A stretch of DNA of 33,292 bases from Candidatus Sumerlaeota bacterium (GTDB lineage: Bacteria; Sumerlaeota; Sumerlaeia; MWCT01), in assembly GCA_026398545.1 (NCBI GenBank), contig JAPLSR010000267.1:1-33292 (forward strand), written 5' to 3'. Numbering within the stretch: position 1 is the first letter of the stretch; every line of letters starts with the position of its first letter. Shown here one piece after another: positions 29,156-33,292 of the stretch. The notes beneath the pieces are model-generated. The model was not told the DNA's origin. It was given only the letters and a program-made list of their open reading frames with translations, and searched no databases. A program made the position numbers and the translations under genes.

Positions 29156-30877
29156 TTAATGCTGCACCTGCGCCGCCGTTGCGGGTCTATTCAGCCGCTC
29201 CCATTCGGCAGGTGTCTTATAAAGCGGGAATAGAACGGACATGAGGAACAGCCCGATGAATATCATCACCCAGATATACACGAGAAGCTTTTTAGTGAGC
29301 TTGATTACATCCTCATTGATGTAGTTGGCAATCCAGACGTTGTGGGTATTTGTGGGGTCGCAGACGCCCTGCATGGCGCCCGTTGTAATGAAGATACCCA
29401 TGACTGCTGCGGCGGAAAGGGGACTCTGGTTGTAAATCAGCATCGCCAACCCCAGTCCGAGTCCGTAAAGGTTCAAAGGTCCGCGATAGAGCGCCAGAGG
29501 CGCGCACAGACCAAAGACCATGATGTAAGGGAGACGGGTCGAGGGAATTATGGAGCGTATCAGCGGTTCCAGATAATGGCTCACAGCCGGATGTTTGACG
29601 GCATTCAAGAGCATTCCGATTCCTATCATGAGAAGGACGGCGGGCATGACACTTTCAGCGCCCTCAATCATGGACTTTGTCAGCACCTTGATATTATTCC
29701 CGTCCTTTTCCCATGTGGTCACAAGGCAGAAAATAATGCCGGCAATAAAGGCGGGGATGAATTCCCACGCGCCGATGTATGTGTCCCAGAAGTTCGCCGC
29801 CTTCGAAAGAACACCAATCACCGCATCCAGCCAGTAAGACCACCCGCTAATCCACTGCGTCAGGTCTATAAAGGTCTTGAATCTGAACACCAGCAGGATG
29901 GGAATGATGGGTGAGAGGAGGGCGACAGGATGAACCTTTTTCCACTCCTCGCCGGTCTCAGTGGCGGCGACCGAAAAGTAGCGGCGGCGACGCCTCCCGC
30001 GTGTATTAAGAATAATGAAAAGGCAACCTGTCCCCAGATAAAGCACAATCATGACCAGCGCCGCAAGCTGTATCTTGCCCGTTCCCACGCTGAGGGATGC
30101 CTGATAAAGCGCCCAGTTCCCCGGATTGAAAGAACCGCCGGCGCACAGCCCGAGCAGAATCACGCCGCCCGCCACAAGTGGCTCAATCCCCAGTGACATC
30201 ATGATTGGTAGGATGATGGTTCCTATCATGATGATTGCACCCAATCCGCCAAGGGTGGTGAATAAAAGGAAACAGACAAACATCATAACGATAGCCACAA
30301 TGACGGGATTGTCACCCGCCAGTTCTGCGGCATACCTGATAAATGTCTCCGCAATCTTCTTGTCCTTCACAAGGATTGCAAGCATTCCTCCGAACATTGC
30401 CACGGTATAAGCCGAGTGAAGGAAAAGCGCCCCATCGCCCAGGATGTCTTTGATTACAACCTTAGTGCTGAGGCATGCAAAAATCTGCCCGAGGATGGAA
30501 AAACTCATAATCCTCTCCAGACCCCGGAAATTGATGATAAGGATGGCAAGAAGGGCAAGGAGCGCACCCAGAATTGCACCGCTGACAGACATCTTCTTCC
30601 GGGATGCAAGGAGAACCAGCGCTGACACAATCACAAGCCATAAAGCCTTGCTCCACAGTAAAAATACAAAGGCTTCCTCCCCCATGAATTTCATGAGGAG
30701 ATAAAACATCTCCACATACCGCACAGTTCCGATGATGGCGAAGAGAAATGCCATGAGGGGGAGCGCAAGGAGGGCTGCAATCTTTCGCGTGTACATCCCC
30801 GTCATCATGGCAAGGAACACAAATAGCATCAAAAGACCGGGTAAATATTCCGTTATAAATGTGACAAACATATTCAT
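29156..30877 (-). CDS. Ion-transporter-superfamily (CitM/GntP-like) carboxylate transporter
   Basis: Many TM helices; FTTLGGLGAIIMIGTIILPIM, LYRGPLNLYGLG and QGVCDPTNTHNVW. Confidence 0.7.
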   Translation of the reverse strand: MNMFVTFITEYLPGLLMLFVFLAMMTGMYTRKIAALLALPLMAFLFAIIGTVRYVEMFYLLMKFMGEEAFVFLLWSKALWLVIVSALVLLASRKKMSVSGAILGALLALLAILIINFRGLERIMSFSILGQIFACLSTKVVIKDILGDGALFLHSAYTVAMFGGMLAILVKDKKIAETFIRYAAELAGDNPVIVAIVMMFVCFLLFTTLGGLGAIIMIGTIILPIMMSLGIEPLVAGGVILLGLCAGGSFNPGNWALYQASLSVGTGKIQLAALVMIVLYLGTGCLFIILNTRGRRRRRYFSVAATETGEEWKKVHPVALLSPIIPILLVFRFKTFIDLTQWISGWSYWLDAVIGVLSKAANFWDTYIGAWEFIPAFIAGIIFCLVTTWEKDGNNIKVLTKSMIEGAESVMPAVLLMIGIGMLLNAVKHPAVSHYLEPLIRSIIPSTRLPYIMVFGLCAPLALYRGPLNLYGLGLGLAMLIYNQSPLSAAAVMGIFITTGAMQGVCDPTNTHNVWIANYINEDVIKLTKKLLVYIWVMIFIGLFLMSVLFPLYKTPAEWERLNRPATAAQVQH

Positions 30878-31020
30878 CTCCTGTCTTGATTAACGCATAT
30901 GTTAAAACGATTGAATGGAGAGGGAATATTTGTTGTCAATCCAGATTTTGCACTGACGGCATAACATGGAGCTGACAGGTGAAATTTTAAAATAAATTTT
31001 ATCCATTGTGAAAATAATCA

Positions 31021-31046
31021 GGGGAGGTCGCCCTGAAGACCTCCCC
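31021..31046 (-). terminator. Intrinsic terminator candidate downstream of serA
   Basis: GGGGAGGTC-N8-GACCTCCCC hairpin followed by TGATTATTTT on the minus strand. Confidence 0.6.
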
Positions 31047-31082
31047 CATGAAAAATTGCCATGTGCAAATTTATGTTATGTC

Positions 31083-32669
31083 TCACACCTTGAAGAACTT
31101 GACGCTCAATACATCCTTGAGTTTGCCAATCTCCCGGATGATGTCACTGGTGATTTCCTGGTCGGTGTTGATAATGGTCATGGCATCCCCGAGAGGCTTT
31201 GAGCGTCCCCAGGTCATGTGGGCGATATTGACGGCGTGATTGCCGAGGATGGTCGCCACGGCGCCGATTATGCCCGGAACGTCCTTGTTCTTGATGACCA
31301 GCATATTGCCTTCGGGGAAGGCATTAAAGTGACGGTCGTTGAGGATGACAATCCTCGGCATATCCTTTGTGTAAAGGGTGCCGGAGACCTTGTGCCTCTC
31401 GCCGTTTTCCATCTCTGTCTCAACGGAAATCAGGTTGGCATACTGGTGGCTGGATGTGCTCTTGGATTCAATCAACTCGATGCCCCGCTCCTTTGCAAGG
31501 TTCATGGCATTGATGTAATTGACCGAGAGGTCGGTCACCGGTTCGAGGAATCCCTTGACCACGGCGGTTGTGAGCGGTGCGAGTGGATAATCGAGGATGC
31601 CACCGCTATACCAGCAGTTGATTTTGGAAACGCGGGAATCGGCGTAGCTGGAGGCGAATTTCCCCAGTCTTTCCGCCAAGTCCAGATATGGACGCATGGC
31701 GCGCAGGAGTTCCGGGTCGATGGACGGGGCATTCACAGCGTTGATGACCTCGCCGCCTTTCAGGTATGTGACAATTTGCACGGCAACCTGTAGTGCGACC
31801 TTTTCCTGCGCCTCCACCGTTGCGGCGCCCAGGTGTGGCGTGAGAAGTATCTTGTCGCACTTTCTAAGAGGGGAGTCCTCCGGCAGCGGCTCCGCTGAGA
31901 AGACATCCAGAGCCGCCCCTGCAATCCGTCCCTCATTAATTGCCTTCAGGAGGGCATGCTCATCAATGATTCCGCCGCGCGCGCAGTTAATAATCCTGCA
32001 GTTCTTCTTCATATACTTAAACTGCTCCTCGCCGATGATTCCCTTGGTTTTTTCCGTCAGCGGGGTGTGAATGGTGATAAAATCGGACTCCTTGATAATC
32101 TCCTCAAGCGTGGCGTTGACCATTCCCAGTTTCTGAATCTCCTCAGGGGAGACGCCCGGGTCAAAGCAGATAACGCGCATATCAAAGGCGAGTGCGCGCC
32201 TGGCGACAGCCTTCCCGATGCGTCCCAGTCCAATGACACCCAGGGTCTTGCCGTACAGCTCCACGCCGGTGAGGGCTTTCTTCTCCCACTTTCCCTCCTT
32301 CATGGTCTTATCCGCCCTTGCGATGTTGCGGGAGAGGTCCATGAGCATACTCATTGTGTGTTCGGCGGCGGAGATGGTGTTGCCATCCGGTGTGTTCATG
32401 ACGATAATGCCACGTCGGGTGGCGGCGGGGACATCGACGTTATCCACGCCAACGCCGGCACGTCCCACCACCTTTAAATTCTTTGCCTTTTCCAGAACGG
32501 ACGCCGGGACCTTTGCCCGGCTGCGCACCACAAGGGCATCAAATTCGGGAATAATCCCCGCCATCTCATCGGGTGTGATTTCAGGTTTATAGACGACCTC
32601 GAAATTCCCGCCGTCTTTCAGGATTTGCAATCCCTCATCGGCAATCTTATCCGCGACTAAAATCTTCAT
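31083..32669 (-). CDS. serA: D-3-phosphoglycerate dehydrogenase with ASB and ACT domains
   Basis: GRAGVGVDNVD, GVIGLGRIG, NCARGG, TPHLGAAT and ACT-domain NKDVPGIIG. Confidence 0.95.
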   Translation of the reverse strand: MKILVADKIADEGLQILKDGGNFEVVYKPEITPDEMAGIIPEFDALVVRSRAKVPASVLEKAKNLKVVGRAGVGVDNVDVPAATRRGIIVMNTPDGNTISAAEHTMSMLMDLSRNIARADKTMKEGKWEKKALTGVELYGKTLGVIGLGRIGKAVARRALAFDMRVICFDPGVSPEEIQKLGMVNATLEEIIKESDFITIHTPLTEKTKGIIGEEQFKYMKKNCRIINCARGGIIDEHALLKAINEGRIAGAALDVFSAEPLPEDSPLRKCDKILLTPHLGAATVEAQEKVALQVAVQIVTYLKGGEVINAVNAPSIDPELLRAMRPYLDLAERLGKFASSYADSRVSKINCWYSGGILDYPLAPLTTAVVKGFLEPVTDLSVNYINAMNLAKERGIELIESKSTSSHQYANLISVETEMENGERHKVSGTLYTKDMPRIVILNDRHFNAFPEGNMLVIKNKDVPGIIGAVATILGNHAVNIAHMTWGRSKPLGDAMTIINTDQEITSDIIREIGKLKDVLSVKFFKV

Positions 32670-32743
32670 AATTCCCGCTCCTTTATAATAAAATCACAAG
32701 GGTTTTAAAGTCATCAATGATTGTCAGCATGGTGGGAATCCTT

Positions 32744-33292
32744 TTAACTTGCATAGAGGACTTTGAGTGCGGCGCGAATGCCGGCACCATCCTCAAACTT
32801 ATACCCCAGTTCTTTGAGCGTCAATTCAAGGGCGCAGATGGCAGTTGTGGCGTCAAAAACCGTGGCGTATCCCAGCGTGGCAATGCGGATGACCTTTCCT
32901 TTAAGTTGCTCCTGACCACCGGCAATCGTTACACCGTATTTATCGCGCAGGACCTTCGTGATGGCTTCGCCATCAATGCCCGCAGGCACTTTGATCGGAG
33001 TAACCACATGCGAGGGTGATTTGGAGTAAATTTCCAGCCCGATTGCCCTGCAGCCCGCCTGAATGGCTCTGGAGAGCCTCGCATGACGAGCCCAGATGTT
33101 ATCCATCCCTTCCTTCCTGATCATCTCAAGTGATTTGTCTAAGGCAAAAATCAGGGAGACCGCCGGGGTATATGGTGTTGTCTTCTTCTCAAGATTCTTC
33201 AGATATGCCTTGAGGGAGAAATAATAGCATGCCGACCTGGCTTGCTTCGCCATCTCCCGGGCGCGCGGGCTGACACTTAGAAAGGCAAGTCC
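32744..33292 (-). CDS. Class V (alanine-glyoxylate/serine-pyruvate) aminotransferase, 5'-partial
   Basis: The frame is open to the window edge (GLAFLSVSPRARE...); TPYTPAV and IAGGQEQLKGKVIRIATLG; directly upstream of serA. Confidence 0.88.
   Translation of the reverse strand, partial: GLAFLSVSPRAREMAKQARSACYYFSLKAYLKNLEKKTTPYTPAVSLIFALDKSLEMIRKEGMDNIWARHARLSRAIQAGCRAIGLEIYSKSPSHVVTPIKVPAGIDGEAITKVLRDKYGVTIAGGQEQLKGKVIRIATLGYATVFDATTAICALELTLKELGYKFEDGAGIRAALKVLYAS

Noticed and set aside
31083-33292. Class V aminotransferase-serA pair as a novelty
   Set aside because: This is a common arrangement in which the aminotransferase probably serves serine biosynthesis.

Overview
Bacterial chromosomal window from a diderm organism (kdsB, meso-DAP-type MurE). 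Most of it is housekeeping and envelope genes: mreB-mreC-mreD-rodA without pbp2, uppP, a solitary murE, uvrA, dedA, a rhomboid, an L,D-transpeptidase, kdsB-pyrG, a deletion-split panC, a transporter, serA and a class V aminotransferase. Three parts stand out. (1) A minus-strand ORF of at least 966 codons, absent from the ORF track because it runs off the left edge, encodes a lidless Hsp70/DnaK fused through a Pro-rich linker and TPR-like helices to the start of a Hanks-type Ser/Thr kinase. It has a canonical sigma-54 promoter motif and lies downstream of a tandem-receiver protein. (2) An AT-rich islet begins exactly at the CCA end of tRNA-Pro(CGG). It carries a truncated R-M specificity domain, an intact SDH/Clp-fold serine protease + DUF5678-like + retropepsin three-gene module, a structured right boundary and a HEPN toxin remnant. 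(3) A small hicBA plus HEPN-motif islet lies downstream of murE. All calls come from manual translation and motif recognition; no searches were run.
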